Positions 9,194 through 19,240 of a DNA stretch of 39,260 bases are shown here, piece after piece. The first letter of the stretch is position 1. Every line of letters starts with the position of its first letter. Origin of the DNA: Theionarchaea archaeon (GTDB lineage Archaea; Methanobacteriota_B; Thermococci; Methanofastidiosales; SZ-28-30); NCBI GenBank assembly GCA_018992685.1, contig JACVGT010000042.1, positions 1-39,260 on the forward strand, in the 5' to 3' direction. The notes below the pieces were generated by a model that had not been told where the DNA came from, did no database searches, and was given only the letters and a program-made list of their open reading frames with translations. The translations under genes and the position numbers were made by a program.

Positions 9194-10042
9194 CTAGATC
9201 AGTCCCCATTCAGTTACTGCATTGAATAAGATGTATCCAGATGCGATCAGGATAATCGAATGTTTCAGCCCTGCGATAATCCTTTTCTCTGCCATTTTTC
9301 CTGCAGCCAACCCGATGAACAATCCCTGCAACATGAGCATCCTGAAGAACAACGTTGTAAATCCCTCTGTAGAGAGACCGCTCTCAATGAATCCTGCTCC
9401 TGCTCCCCCAGAAAGGGGCTGAATGAAGGTTTTGTATAGAATAAGAATAACTACCAGGAACACAAAGTAAGTAATATAGCAAATCAGGATGTAAGGCTTG
9501 ATCATTGTATCAGTCTCTCGCTCAATATTCTTGAGTTCCCTGGCGTTCCGGGAAGCTGCCTGCAGGATCTCCCTGATGTCTCCTCCTGCCTTGTTGGCCT
9601 CAATGATCAGGTACGTCAGTTTCTCAATGTAAGGACTCTTTGTTCTTTCAGTAAATCGTTTGAATACATTTTCGAAGGGAATACCCCAGGAGATCTGCAT
9701 GGCCATCTTCTCTATCTGTTGATTCAGAAGCCCATATTCTCTGTCCTTGGTAACATAGATTGCCTGGGGAATACTCATTCCCGAGTCTACACCAGAAGAG
9801 ACATCTGCAAGGAAACTTGGAAATTCGGCCTCCATTTTCCTCATGTGAGAGAACTCTATATACTTGCCTGCAGCAAAAGGGGCAACTCCAATAAGGAACG
9901 AAAATAAAATAAGATCATCAAAGAAGGGGCTTTCAAGATAGTTCAAAAAACTATACATGAAGAGTCCCATGGCGACGACACCAGGAACAGCTATGAGAAA
10001 AATGTCTTTTGGTGAAATCCGGAGTCCACCTTCGTCTGCCAT
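9194..10042 (-). CDS. Type IV pilus platform protein (TadC/FlaJ, T2SS F family)
   Basis: EFPSFLADVSSGVDSGMSIPQA, EYGLL, GGDIREIL, GKMAE..IIAGLKH. Start set at MADEGG after a GGAGG RBS. Confidence 0.9.
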   Translation of the reverse strand: MADEGGLRISPKDIFLIAVPGVVAMGLFMYSFLNYLESPFFDDLILFSFLIGVAPFAAGKYIEFSHMRKMEAEFPSFLADVSSGVDSGMSIPQAIYVTKDREYGLLNQQIEKMAMQISWGIPFENVFKRFTERTKSPYIEKLTYLIIEANKAGGDIREILQAASRNARELKNIERETDTMIKPYILICYITYFVFLVVILILYKTFIQPLSGGAGAGFIESGLSTEGFTTLFFRMLMLQGLFIGLAAGKMAEKRIIAGLKHSIILIASGYILFNAVTEWGLI

Positions 10043-10043
10043 G

Positions 10044-10928
10044 CTACTCCTCCGGAATGATTGAGTCAATCATTAGCAGGAAAAGTACTGAAAGGCCGGG
10101 GATTCCAAGGTACACCACCAGCATCATCATGTCCTGCATTGATAACGGTCCAAAATCCCCCCCACTGATCATGGTCAGGGTGGACATGACAATGACCAAG
10201 AAGATAGTGCCGAAAACCGGTATCGTAATGTAACTCTCAGCAAAAAGTCCCAAGTTTTCTGCAAAGTCTTTCATCATCTGCCTGTATTCAACCATCATGT
10301 TTTCAGCTTCATTATGCAGGTACATCTTGAGGTCTCCTCCTGAACGAACAGTAGTGGTGATGCCCATGAGCAGTTCAGAAAAACGCCGGGAAGGTGTGTG
10401 CTGTGTATAGTCATGGAGAACAGTCACAATATCCTTTCCAAAGAATCTACAGTCTCTAGTTATGTTCTTTGCCTCCTCTGCAATTTCTCCATACAGCTCA
10501 GATCTGGCCAGGGAGTCAAAGACAGCATCAGGGGGGACACCCGCTCCTGCCATTGCTGCCATGTATGGAACAGCAAAAGGCAATTTGGAGTCAATAGCCC
10601 GCTTTCTGGAGTCAGCCATGAAGCTTGGATAGATGTAGAAAAAGGCGAACATAAATATTGGAGTAAGAATAGAGGTTAAAGCCATTGCCAGGGTGATAGC
10701 TAGTCTTTCTTTCCCTAACAGGGACAAGAACATGGCTACCGCCAACATCATGAGAGGCATGATAATTGCAGTGATCAATGCTGCGTACGAGAAGTACTCC
10801 CCTACAGTTATGCGGATATTGGCCTTCCGAATACTTGCACGTAGACTTGCGGAGCTCCCGATTAAGGGATCGATGATTGGACCAAAAATCTTGTAGGCCA
10901 ATCGGGAAAGAGCAAGTGCAATATTCAT
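10044..10928 (-). CDS. Type IV pilus platform protein (TadC/FlaJ, T2SS F family)
   Basis: IDSKLPFAVPYMAAMAGAGVPP, YGEIAEE, TPSRRFSELL, SGGDLKMYL. Confidence 0.9.
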   Translation of the reverse strand: MNIALALSRLAYKIFGPIIDPLIGSSASLRASIRKANIRITVGEYFSYAALITAIIMPLMMLAVAMFLSLLGKERLAITLAMALTSILTPIFMFAFFYIYPSFMADSRKRAIDSKLPFAVPYMAAMAGAGVPPDAVFDSLARSELYGEIAEEAKNITRDCRFFGKDIVTVLHDYTQHTPSRRFSELLMGITTTVRSGGDLKMYLHNEAENMMVEYRQMMKDFAENLGLFAESYITIPVFGTIFLVIVMSTLTMISGGDFGPLSMQDMMMLVVYLGIPGLSVLFLLMIDSIIPEE

Positions 10929-12562
10929 ACTGTTGCCTCGATCTTGCCAAGAACTGAGTCAGGATCCCTATAGTACTCAGCAATGATTTCTGCCACGTCC
11001 TTGTAGAACCTGATCTGGTTATTGTGCATCCAGCTGATAATCTGCTTTCTTCTTTCAATCTCCTTGAGAATCTCTTCCATAGACATACCTTTCTCTTTTT
11101 CCAATCGCTCCAGCAGGTAACTTCTGCCTGTAAACCTGAAGGTATCTTCAAAGGGGTTCCACTCATACAGTGTATTGGTAATGACCTCTTTTGTGGAAGG
11201 GTCCAGATCCACCACTTCCACGATATCGGTGATTCTTCGGGTGATTTTTCCTCTGAGCCTCACCCTCGCTTGGAGCAAGACAATGTCCAGATTCTTAATA
11301 AGAATACGGGGGCAGTTAATGGGCTCTGATTCCAGACGGTGAACTACACCCTGAGGAGAATCAGCGTGAATTGTACCCATGGCAGCGTGACCTGTGGCTA
11401 TGGCCTGGAAAAGAGTATATGCCTCCTTACCTCGCACCTCTCCCACCACAATGTAATCAGGACGTTGTCTCAATGAAGCCTTCAGGAGGTCGAACATATC
11501 CACTTCACCCATCCTCTTGCCTGATGGTGAAATGGGTCCGAACCCTGCTCTGGTAACTGCAGGAATCCAGTTCTGGTGAGCTACATTGAGTTCAGCAGTG
11601 TCCTCAATAGAGACAATCTTAGCTTCGGGCCTGATGAACAGACACAGACAGTTCAGTGTGGTGGTCTTTCCAGATGCTGTCCCGCCCGCTATGAGAATAG
11701 ACACTCCCTTCTCCATGAAGAACCACATCAGAGCCAGCATGGAAGCAGAGAATGTACCAAATGTCATCATATCGGGGGGAGTCAGAGGATCCTCTCTGAA
11801 TTTACGGATAGTAAACGTAGAACCATGCATAGTTACCTCCTTCCCCAGTGAAAGCTGCACACGAGAACCATCAGGAAGAGACCCATCCAGCAAGGGCTCT
11901 GCAATGGAAACGTGGCGCTGGCATCGCTGAGCCAGCTTAATGATAAAGGAATCCAGTTCGTCTGCATTTCTGAATATGACGTTGGTCTTCAGGTTCTCAA
12001 AGTGCCGGTGAAAGATGTACAGAGGGATAGCCGGACCGTCACATGAGATATCCTCAATGTTTGGGTCTCTCAGGATGGGATCTATTCTATTGTATCCCAC
12101 GAATTCTCTAGTGACATAATAGGTGAGTCGTTCATAGCTTGGTCTGTCCATGCGCATCCGGTACTTCCTGATGACGTTGTTTACCTCTCTGCGTAGGTAA
12201 TCAGTAAGGCCACCCTCATCAAGTGTCTTGAAGTCAATGTTAATGGTCTCATGGAGAATGGCATTGATCTGCTCCATCTTCAATTCATCGTCCCGGGTAA
12301 GTCCTGGTTCCAGCACTTTATAGAACATTTCTTTACTATCAGAATCATAGTACACATTTGCATACGCATAGGGTGGGTTGATGGGATAGGTGATATTCAG
12401 CTTGTTGAGGGGAATTTCCAGAACGTCGGCATCCAGCAACGGGGATGCGAGCTGGACTCCTCCTGCATTGTAGATATTAACTGGTGGTCCGAACTTGGAT
12501 TCAGGTTCTTCTAGTTGGAGTTGTTTCTGTTTTGGTTTTCTGAGGCTGAGATTGAAAGCCAT
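10925..12562 (-). CDS. Type IV pilus assembly ATPase (FlaI/TadA/VirB11 family)
   Basis: DPNIEDISCDG, FTIRKF, Walker A GGTASGKTT, SIEDTAE, LRQRPDYIVVGEVRGKEA, TGH..MGTIHA. Confidence 0.95.
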   Translation of the reverse strand: MAFNLSLRKPKQKQLQLEEPESKFGPPVNIYNAGGVQLASPLLDADVLEIPLNKLNITYPINPPYAYANVYYDSDSKEMFYKVLEPGLTRDDELKMEQINAILHETINIDFKTLDEGGLTDYLRREVNNVIRKYRMRMDRPSYERLTYYVTREFVGYNRIDPILRDPNIEDISCDGPAIPLYIFHRHFENLKTNVIFRNADELDSFIIKLAQRCQRHVSIAEPLLDGSLPDGSRVQLSLGKEVTMHGSTFTIRKFREDPLTPPDMMTFGTFSASMLALMWFFMEKGVSILIAGGTASGKTTTLNCLCLFIRPEAKIVSIEDTAELNVAHQNWIPAVTRAGFGPISPSGKRMGEVDMFDLLKASLRQRPDYIVVGEVRGKEAYTLFQAIATGHAAMGTIHADSPQGVVHRLESEPINCPRILIKNLDIVLLQARVRLRGKITRRITDIVEVVDLDPSTKEVITNTLYEWNPFEDTFRFTGRSYLLERLEKEKGMSMEEILKEIERRKQIISWMHNNQIRFYKDVAEIIAEYYRDPDSVLGKIEATV

Positions 12563-12575
12563 AGTATCACCTACT

Positions 12576-12591
12576 TACTATCAGAATAGTA
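12576..12591. promoter_or_regulatory. Palindromic operator TACTAT-N4-ATAGTA at the predicted start site of the pilus operon
   Basis: TACTATcagaATAGTA between the minus-strand TATA (ggaaacctttaataa, about 12600-12614) and the RBS. Confidence 0.65.
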
Positions 12592-12729
12592 GTCCTTCCT
12601 TATTAAAGGTTTCCATGGATGAGCAGGAACCTGCAACATCAAGCAGGAAATAAGGCTACAACCTGCATATGACACAGTATATTCTGTATTGACACCCTCC
12701 TTTATAAACTTTAATCCCCCACTGAAGGT

Positions 12730-13428
12730 ATGTATTCCCCTGTAGAGAGGGCCCTCCACGTACAGGATATCGTGTCTTCAGGAGATAGGAGGAAATACTA
12801 CCGGTTCAGACCGGCACCCTTTTACGGGGGCATTGCAACTGCTGACTGCGTGGGATGCCCCCTGACCTGCGTATTCTGCTGGAGTGGCTTTCCGCGTGAC
12901 CATCCGGACAAAGCGGGGACCTGGTACAGCTCCCAACAGGTTTTTGACGAGCTGGTGAGCATTGCTAAGAAAAAAAGATACTCAAGTCTGAGAGTAAGTG
13001 GAAATGAGCCCACACTGGGGCAGGAACATCTCTTTAACGTGCTGGAAAAGGTTGAAAAGACCCCATATCAGTTCGTGCTGGAAACGTCCGGAATTCTCAT
13101 TGATGGCCAGTATGCAAGAGCACTTTCCCAGTTCAAGAATGTCCACGTACGGGTCTCTTTAAAAGGAACGTGTGAGGAAGAATTCGCCCACCTTACAGGA
13201 TGTGATCCCAATGGATTCAGACTCCAGCTTCGAGCACTACAGGAATTAATAACCCATGGTGTGCCCTGCCATCCCGCAGTAATGGTTTCATTCTCAACAC
13301 CAGAGAGAATTCGAGAACTCATGGAAAGGCTGACCTGTATTTCGACCACATTCTACATAGAAGAAGAACACGTAATGCTGTATCCTCTGGTAAAGAAACG
13401 ACTGAAAAGGGCAGGATTTCTCCCGTAA
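12730..13428 (+). CDS. Radical SAM protein (uncharacterised archaeal Fe-S oxidoreductase type)
   Basis: CPLTCVFC (CxxxCxxC), RVSGNEPT, LETSG, VRVSLKG; N-terminal RKYYRFR..FYGGIATADCVGC. Confidence 0.88.
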   Translation: MYSPVERALHVQDIVSSGDRRKYYRFRPAPFYGGIATADCVGCPLTCVFCWSGFPRDHPDKAGTWYSSQQVFDELVSIAKKKRYSSLRVSGNEPTLGQEHLFNVLEKVEKTPYQFVLETSGILIDGQYARALSQFKNVHVRVSLKGTCEEEFAHLTGCDPNGFRLQLRALQELITHGVPCHPAVMVSFSTPERIRELMERLTCISTTFYIEEEHVMLYPLVKKRLKRAGFLP

Positions 13429-13617
13429 CCAGGGGTGGTATTGGCAATCCCATGGGGGCAGATGTCACTGATGTGTAATCCTGGTTCCAACAGAACTTTG
13501 AAACTCTGGCTGCTATATCACTTATCCTAAGGGAAGGTAAAGGACTGTTACAATGATAAAATAGAAAATGATTTGTGACAGAAGGACAACCTTTTTAAGC
13601 CAAACAGAAAAAGAGCC

Positions 13618-15012
13618 ATGATGATAACCATTCCCGATGAGATCATGAACTTCCTTTCCAAGAAGGGAGGACAGACACTTCTCGTAAAAGGGAGCGCAGG
13701 GAGTGGAAAAACCATTCTCTCACTGTCTCTCATCAAGGCGTGCAAAAATAATGGCATCTACCTGTCAACCCGAGTGAGACCTGATGATTTGTACAGGGAT
13801 TGTCCGTGGATAAAAGACCAGTTGTCCAAGAACAATATTGTGGATGCCACAAATCCCCTCAAAGAAAGAATCGCTGTCCAGGAAAGAGACTTCTCAGAGG
13901 TAATTAAATACGGTTCCAAGGAAGACTTCCTGGTGGCTCTATACGAGCGAGTGGCCCAGCTGGCCCATCCAGTGGTGGTCATAGACTCCTGGGACGCTGT
14001 CATCTCCCACTTGTACACCTCTGAAGAACGGATGGAGAAAGCCATCATTGAATTGTGCAAAGAAACCCAGACAAACCTCATTCTGGTTGGGGAGCATCCT
14101 GAAGAAACCAAGCTGGACTATCTCATGGATGGCGTCACAGCACTTGAGCGCACCCGAATCGACGACAGACGACTGCGGGTCATCCATCTGTTAAAGCTGC
14201 GGGGTGTCGAGATCCATCAGCCTCAATATGTTTTCACGCTGGAAGATGGCATGTTCAGAAGCTTTGGGCGATTTGAGCCCAGGCACATTGAAAACCCCAA
14301 GAAGTGGAAACCTCTCTCTGACTCAGAAAGAGCTTTTTCTACCGGATGTAAGGATCTGGATAACATTCTGAAAAGCGGATTCAAGAAGGGGAGCCTCAAT
14401 TTGTTTGAAGAAGAACTTGATGTTTCCCGTACGGCTGAGGGATACTTGTGGAGGTGTTGCCTCTTTAATTTCCTGGCGCAGAATCGAGGTGTAGTTCTCC
14501 TGGCAGGGGAAGGAGTCAGTCCACAGAAACTCAAAGAGCTGTCAGTGCCCTATGTTGGGGAGGAGGTGTGGAACAGGTTGGTACGCATTGGTGTGTATGA
14601 TATTGAGGAAGCAGATGAGCCCTATATTATTCCGGTAAAGGGCACATCAGAAGAACGGTACGCAGCCTGGAAGACTGTGTTGAGTGAACTCAAGACGAAG
14701 ACTAACCAACCAATACAGGACTACACTGCCCTAGATACGCTTGAATTCAGAAGCGGTGTGGAGAACACCATAAAGAAAATGGGAAGAGGGGTTAGAGAAC
14801 TGAAGAATTCCGGGGACCTCCAGATTGCCCTGCTCAAACCAGGGCTTGAGGTGTCAAAGCAGATCATAAATCTTGCTGAGACGTATTTCAAGGTTCGATC
14901 CATGTACGGCACGGCATTACTGTATGGGGTCCATCCAGAAACAGGATTCTACGTCATTGAAGTGGATTCAACAGAAGGGATTCCTCAGGTTGAACTGGTT
15001 CCCATTGTGTGA
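13618..15012 (+). CDS. GvpD-like / KaiC-superfamily double-domain ATPase
   Basis: Walker A KGSAGSGKT, YLSTRV, VVIDSWD, LDYLMDGV, KLRG. The second RecA-like domain (FSTGCKDLDNIL) lacks Walker A. Confidence 0.85.
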   Translation: MMITIPDEIMNFLSKKGGQTLLVKGSAGSGKTILSLSLIKACKNNGIYLSTRVRPDDLYRDCPWIKDQLSKNNIVDATNPLKERIAVQERDFSEVIKYGSKEDFLVALYERVAQLAHPVVVIDSWDAVISHLYTSEERMEKAIIELCKETQTNLILVGEHPEETKLDYLMDGVTALERTRIDDRRLRVIHLLKLRGVEIHQPQYVFTLEDGMFRSFGRFEPRHIENPKKWKPLSDSERAFSTGCKDLDNILKSGFKKGSLNLFEEELDVSRTAEGYLWRCCLFNFLAQNRGVVLLAGEGVSPQKLKELSVPYVGEEVWNRLVRIGVYDIEEADEPYIIPVKGTSEERYAAWKTVLSELKTKTNQPIQDYTALDTLEFRSGVENTIKKMGRGVRELKNSGDLQIALLKPGLEVSKQIINLAETYFKVRSMYGTALLYGVHPETGFYVIEVDSTEGIPQVELVPIV

Positions 15013-15087
15013 AATCACCTGAGACACCACCAATTCCATTACATTCGTGCCATGCACCCCGGTGGGGGGAGTCTATTTTTCCTGACC

Positions 15088-15822
15088 CTACGCTATGCTC
15101 ATGACCAAGAGCAGCAGCAAGATGTAGAGGGCAAAAGGGAGTAGCCCGACAAGAGGAAGCAGCCCACACCAGTATTTATGAGCTCCCGGAGGACGAAGCC
15201 TTCTCACTTCATCAATTTCCTCTCGAACAACAAACGAGGGAGCCAGAACTATGATGGAATAGACAACAACGAAGAGGGGGATCACCATCACTGCAAGACA
15301 AAGGCCGGAGAACGTTGGCTCTTCCAGGATCTGTGCAAAGATACCGTCAGCTCCCAGCTCATACACCCCTCCCAAAAGGAGAATCTCAGTATAGGAATAG
15401 CTGTATCTGGTTTCAACAGTGTAGAGCAGCCACAACATTATCACATACCATGGCATGGTAATCGCCAAATCGAGGAACACATTGCTGCTTGCAGCAACTC
15501 CTGAAGCGCCAAACACCTTCTCAAGAAACCAGAAAACACATTCCACCCAGATTGCGCCCAGACTTCCCACTGCGATGAATTTTTTTCTGGGACTCCAATG
15601 GACACTCAAGAGAAGAGATACCCTCTTTCTGCTGCTCCAGAACAGGACTGTGGTCACAGCACAGACAAAGGCAGACCATGCAACAGTTCTGTCTTCTGCG
15701 TTTTCTCCCATACCGTTCGCAAGCAAGACAACTGAAACACACATAGTCCAGACAAAAAATAGCTTCATTCTACGAGATTGAAAAAAAAACTGCCATACGC
15801 CAGCCAATCCTTCCGATATCAT
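15088..15822 (-). CDS. Hypothetical integral membrane protein
   Basis: 244-aa ORF with about seven hydrophobic segments. Confidence 0.7.
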   Translation of the reverse strand: MISEGLAGVWQFFFQSRRMKLFFVWTMCVSVVLLANGMGENAEDRTVAWSAFVCAVTTVLFWSSRKRVSLLLSVHWSPRKKFIAVGSLGAIWVECVFWFLEKVFGASGVAASSNVFLDLAITMPWYVIMLWLLYTVETRYSYSYTEILLLGGVYELGADGIFAQILEEPTFSGLCLAVMVIPLFVVVYSIIVLAPSFVVREEIDEVRRLRPPGAHKYWCGLLPLVGLLPFALYILLLLLVMSIA

Positions 15823-15947
15823 AGACTTGAGTAATTAGTCAGCCATAAAAACGTTTCTGTATCGAGATTGGCCATAGCAAACGGGACGTGCTTCTCAACC
15901 AGAGCAGGAACCAGTAAGGTTAAAAAGGAGAAGACTTTACCTGCTGT

Positions 15948-16619
15948 ATGCACCCTCTCATTGAAAAGGCCTTGAAAGAAAAGAGGCACCTCCTAGAGCC
16001 AGAAGCCAAAACACTGCTCAGAGAGTACGATCTACCTGTGCCAGAGTTTCAGATGTGCTCTACTCCTGAGGAGGCAGCTGCTGCTGCTGAAAGGCTGACC
16101 TATCCTGTGGTCATGAAGGTTGTGTCTCCTGATATTCTGCATAAGACAGATATCGGAGGAGTGAAGGTGGGATTGCAGTCCAGGGAAGATACAAAAGCAG
16201 GTTTCAAAGAGATCAAGGAGGCTGCACAATCCCGAGGGACCTTTGCAGGAGTTATCGTGTATCACATGCAGGATCAAGGCACAGAAATCATTATTGGTGT
16301 TACCTATGATGCACAGTTTGAGCACGCTCTCATGTTTGGACTTGGAGGCGTATTCGTTGAAGTGTTGAGAGACATTTCGTTCAGGCTTATTCCCATCACT
16401 GAGCAAGACGCCCGGGAGATGGTCCGTGAAATCAAAGGACATCCTGTCCTTGCTGGCGTGCGGGGCCAACCTCCGAGGGACATTGAGGCGGTTGTGGATG
16501 CCTTGCTCAAAGTCTCTCTTCTGATAGAAGACAATCCTCAGATACGTGAACTGGATTTGAACCCTGTATTCGTCTACGACAAAGGAGTATCCATCATTGA
16601 TGCCCGGATCGTCCTGTGA
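15948..16619 (+). CDS. acdB: ADP-forming acetate/acyl-CoA ligase beta subunit (ATP-grasp)
   Basis: LLEPEAK, YPVVMKVVSPDILHKTDIGGV, MFGLGGVFVEVLRD, ELDLNP, DARI. Confidence 0.92.
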   Translation: MHPLIEKALKEKRHLLEPEAKTLLREYDLPVPEFQMCSTPEEAAAAAERLTYPVVMKVVSPDILHKTDIGGVKVGLQSREDTKAGFKEIKEAAQSRGTFAGVIVYHMQDQGTEIIIGVTYDAQFEHALMFGLGGVFVEVLRDISFRLIPITEQDAREMVREIKGHPVLAGVRGQPPRDIEAVVDALLKVSLLIEDNPQIRELDLNPVFVYDKGVSIIDARIVL

Positions 16620-16623
16620 TAGT

Positions 16624-17562
16624 ATGAGAATGGTTATTGCGCTGGGTGGAAATGCCATAAAGAAGCCCAAGGAAAAGGGCACTGCCAGTGAACAACTGGG
16701 AAACGTGCAGGAGACATGTCAACACATTTGGGAACTCGTGAGAGATCATCAGGTGGTAATTACTCATGGCAATGGACCCCAGGTGGGGAACATACTCATC
16801 CAACAGGAGGCCAGTGAACCCTACGTTCCCGGCATGCCATTGGACATCTGCGTTGCAGAAAGCCAGGGATTGATAGGGTATATGATTCAGCAGTCATTGA
16901 GAAATGTGCTTCAGGTACACGGCGTCAACAAGGAAGTGGTAACCATTATCAGTCAGGTGGTGGTCAGCAGGGAAGATCCTGCTTTCAAGACTCCTACCAA
17001 GCCCGTGGGCCCCTTTTTCTCCCAAGAACGGGCAGAAGAATTAAGGAAGGGAGGCATCTCTGTTGTGGAAGATGCAGGAAGGGGCTACAGACGCGTCGTT
17101 CCTTCACCAAATCCCTTGAGACTGATTGAAGCCCCTATGGTCGCATCACTCCTGGATCAGGGAAAAGTGGTTGTTGCAGCAGGGGGAGGAGGAATCCCCG
17201 TCGAAGAGAAAAAAGCTCTTTGTGGTGTCGAAGCAGTAATAGACAAAGATCTAGCCTCAGAGATTGTAGCAGAAGCCATCGAAGCCGATTACCTCATCAT
17301 TCTCACTGATGTCGACCAGGTAGCCCTGAACTACAACAAGGAAACTCAGGAGAATCTCGACATCCTCACAGATTGCGAGGCCGAAAACTATCTGGAACAA
17401 GGACAGTTTGCTCCCGGGAGCATGGGACCAAAGATCCTTTCTGCCATTCGATTCTTGAGAGGGGGTGGAAAGAAAGCAATCATCACCTCGCCCCGCAGAG
17501 TGCGTGAAGCTTTGTTAGGAGAGGGAGGCACTCAGATAGTACCTCATTCAGGCAGCCAGTAG
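16624..17562 (+). CDS. arcC: Carbamate kinase
   Basis: VIALGGNA, THGNGPQVG, PTKPVGPF, EDAGRGYRRVVPSP, GGGGIPV, EAVIDKD, GSMGPK. Start set at ATG 16624. Confidence 0.95.
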   Translation: MRMVIALGGNAIKKPKEKGTASEQLGNVQETCQHIWELVRDHQVVITHGNGPQVGNILIQQEASEPYVPGMPLDICVAESQGLIGYMIQQSLRNVLQVHGVNKEVVTIISQVVVSREDPAFKTPTKPVGPFFSQERAEELRKGGISVVEDAGRGYRRVVPSPNPLRLIEAPMVASLLDQGKVVVAAGGGGIPVEEKKALCGVEAVIDKDLASEIVAEAIEADYLIILTDVDQVALNYNKETQENLDILTDCEAENYLEQGQFAPGSMGPKILSAIRFLRGGGKKAIITSPRRVREALLGEGGTQIVPHSGSQ

Positions 17563-17699
17563 TACCATCAACATCGTTTGTCCTTATCCGTCATATTCTT
17601 CCTTTCTTATACTTCCTACATGCCACTGCAGACAAGGTGAGAAAAAGACCAGGCGAAAGGTTAATAAAGGGGCCGAAAAATTGTGGAGCAGGTGATGAT

Positions 17700-17936
17700 A
17701 TGGAAATGAGCGAAGAGGAGCTAATAGAACTGGACAGAGAAAACATCAGAATGGAAATGCGAGCTGCAGGGCTCCCTGTAGACGAAGAAGAAGTGGAAAA
17801 ACTCAGGATAGCCATGCTCAAAGCGATGGTGCTTCGTACTATTGCCTCTGCCGCCCTAGTTCCTGAGACTGAAGATGAGGAAAAAGCCCACCTGCTGGAG
17901 GCAATTTATACCAATGCTCTGGCTTCTCTGCTCTAA
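17700..17936 (+). CDS. Small acidic helical hypothetical protein
   Basis: Own promoter (gcgaaaggttaataa, about 17653-17668) and AGGTGA RBS before ATG 17700; 78 aa. Confidence 0.7.
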   Translation: MEMSEEELIELDRENIRMEMRAAGLPVDEEEVEKLRIAMLKAMVLRTIASAALVPETEDEEKAHLLEAIYTNALASLL

Positions 17937-19177
17937 TTCCTTTGGTCCCTGAGACTGTCTTCTTCTAACCTCTGCCTTACTTTTTGATAAAAAACCTCAT
18001 AGGGAAACTCAAGAGTCTGCTGTTCTTCATCATAATACTCCATCAAGATGCTCTGGCTCTTCCACCTGCCCGGAGGGTAGCTGCGCATTGGAAAAAACTT
18101 TCTGTCCACGAGTTCTTCACATTGATCTAGTTCAGTCATGAGCTTTCCCCCCAGAAATGGATCACCTACTGCATAGATTACACCATACGGTTCCCCTCTT
18201 TCCACAGACTGAACCATGCAGACTCGGGTGAAGATCCGCGTATTTCTCCCGAAATTGAAAATGATGCGCTTAGTAGCCTCAACGGAATCACATCGCAAGA
18301 AAAGCATGAATCGAGAGCATTTTGGGTTGGGGAATGGCCAGATGTAGTACACCTTTTCCAGAATGTTCTTGTTCATCAACAACTGGTAGGCTTCTCTGAA
18401 TTCCCTCAGCGAGAGATCTACGTTCCTCAAATCCCTCAATTCAGCTTTTAGCTCCTCTCTTTTTAGATCTAAATGCTCTTTGCGTAGCAGTTCTTTTAAT
18501 TCAGCCCTTCTTCTCTTCTTGAATTTCTTTTCAATTCGTACTATTCTCCTCAGATCGCATGCGCCGTGACCATTCCACACACGCATGATGAGAATCTGGG
18601 CGACCTTGTTCAAAGCAAGATCAGAAAAAGATCCCCAGCTTAAATCGGGAATAGAAACATCTCCCAGGAGACGTCCAAAATCGGGTTCAGGAAGAGCTTC
18701 CCTGCCATTGACCAAAAAGGTGGGGTTTATCAGCTTCCAATTTCCATCAAGCTCAAATAAATGATAGTACTTAATCACCTGGTTACTTTTCAAGAGGTCA
18801 AGGATGCGTTTTAGCTCGTTGAGATCTGTGTTCATGAAGCCAACCATGTACTTTCTGAAAATGCCTTCTTCCAGAGGAAAGAAGTAGGTCCAGCAGTTAA
18901 TTTCCTGGAGTATGGAAATAATATATTCGTAGTGACTGTCAAACATGACAAAGGCAAATACCCGGGAGACCTTGTTTCTAAAGATCTTGCCGAAGTCAGG
19001 ATACATGTATGGTCCACCCAGATACTCTCTTCTCTCCAGTTTTCTTTGCAGTGTCGTCACATATTCAGTATATTTGAACCCAATAAGACTGGAGAGCTCC
19101 TGATTGGTGAAATCCGGTTCCCGCCCCATCAACTGCAGCAACAGCTTCTCTCTTCTGGACAGATCTTTTCGCACCAT
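17933..19177 (-). CDS. Putative transcriptional regulator with duplicated Lrp/AsnC-like (wHTH-RAM)x2 architecture
   Basis: N-terminal HTH (LSRREKLLLQLM..TNQELSSLIG..LERREYL..PDFGKI), alpha/beta domain, then a second similar unit (LNKVAQILI..DLRRI..LLMNKNIL). Confidence 0.65.
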   Translation of the reverse strand: MVRKDLSRREKLLLQLMGREPDFTNQELSSLIGFKYTEYVTTLQRKLERREYLGGPYMYPDFGKIFRNKVSRVFAFVMFDSHYEYIISILQEINCWTYFFPLEEGIFRKYMVGFMNTDLNELKRILDLLKSNQVIKYYHLFELDGNWKLINPTFLVNGREALPEPDFGRLLGDVSIPDLSWGSFSDLALNKVAQILIMRVWNGHGACDLRRIVRIEKKFKKRRRAELKELLRKEHLDLKREELKAELRDLRNVDLSLREFREAYQLLMNKNILEKVYYIWPFPNPKCSRFMLFLRCDSVEATKRIIFNFGRNTRIFTRVCMVQSVERGEPYGVIYAVGDPFLGGKLMTELDQCEELVDRKFFPMRSYPPGRWKSQSILMEYYDEEQQTLEFPYEVFYQKVRQRLEEDSLRDQRN

Positions 19178-19196
19178 ACTACATTCATGGAATAGA

Positions 19197-19210
19197 AATA
19201 TTTAAATATT
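19197..19210. promoter_or_regulatory. Perfect 14-bp palindrome acting as bidirectional TATA box
   Basis: AATATTTAAATATT centred between divergent genes; gives TTTAAATA on both strands. Confidence 0.7.
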
Positions 19211-19240
19211 ATGCCGACGTCACGTACAATGGTGATACAA

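Noticed and set aside
8522-12562. Archaellum operon
   Set aside because: No archaellin or flaC-H genes, and two separate TadC-like genes indicate a pilus system.
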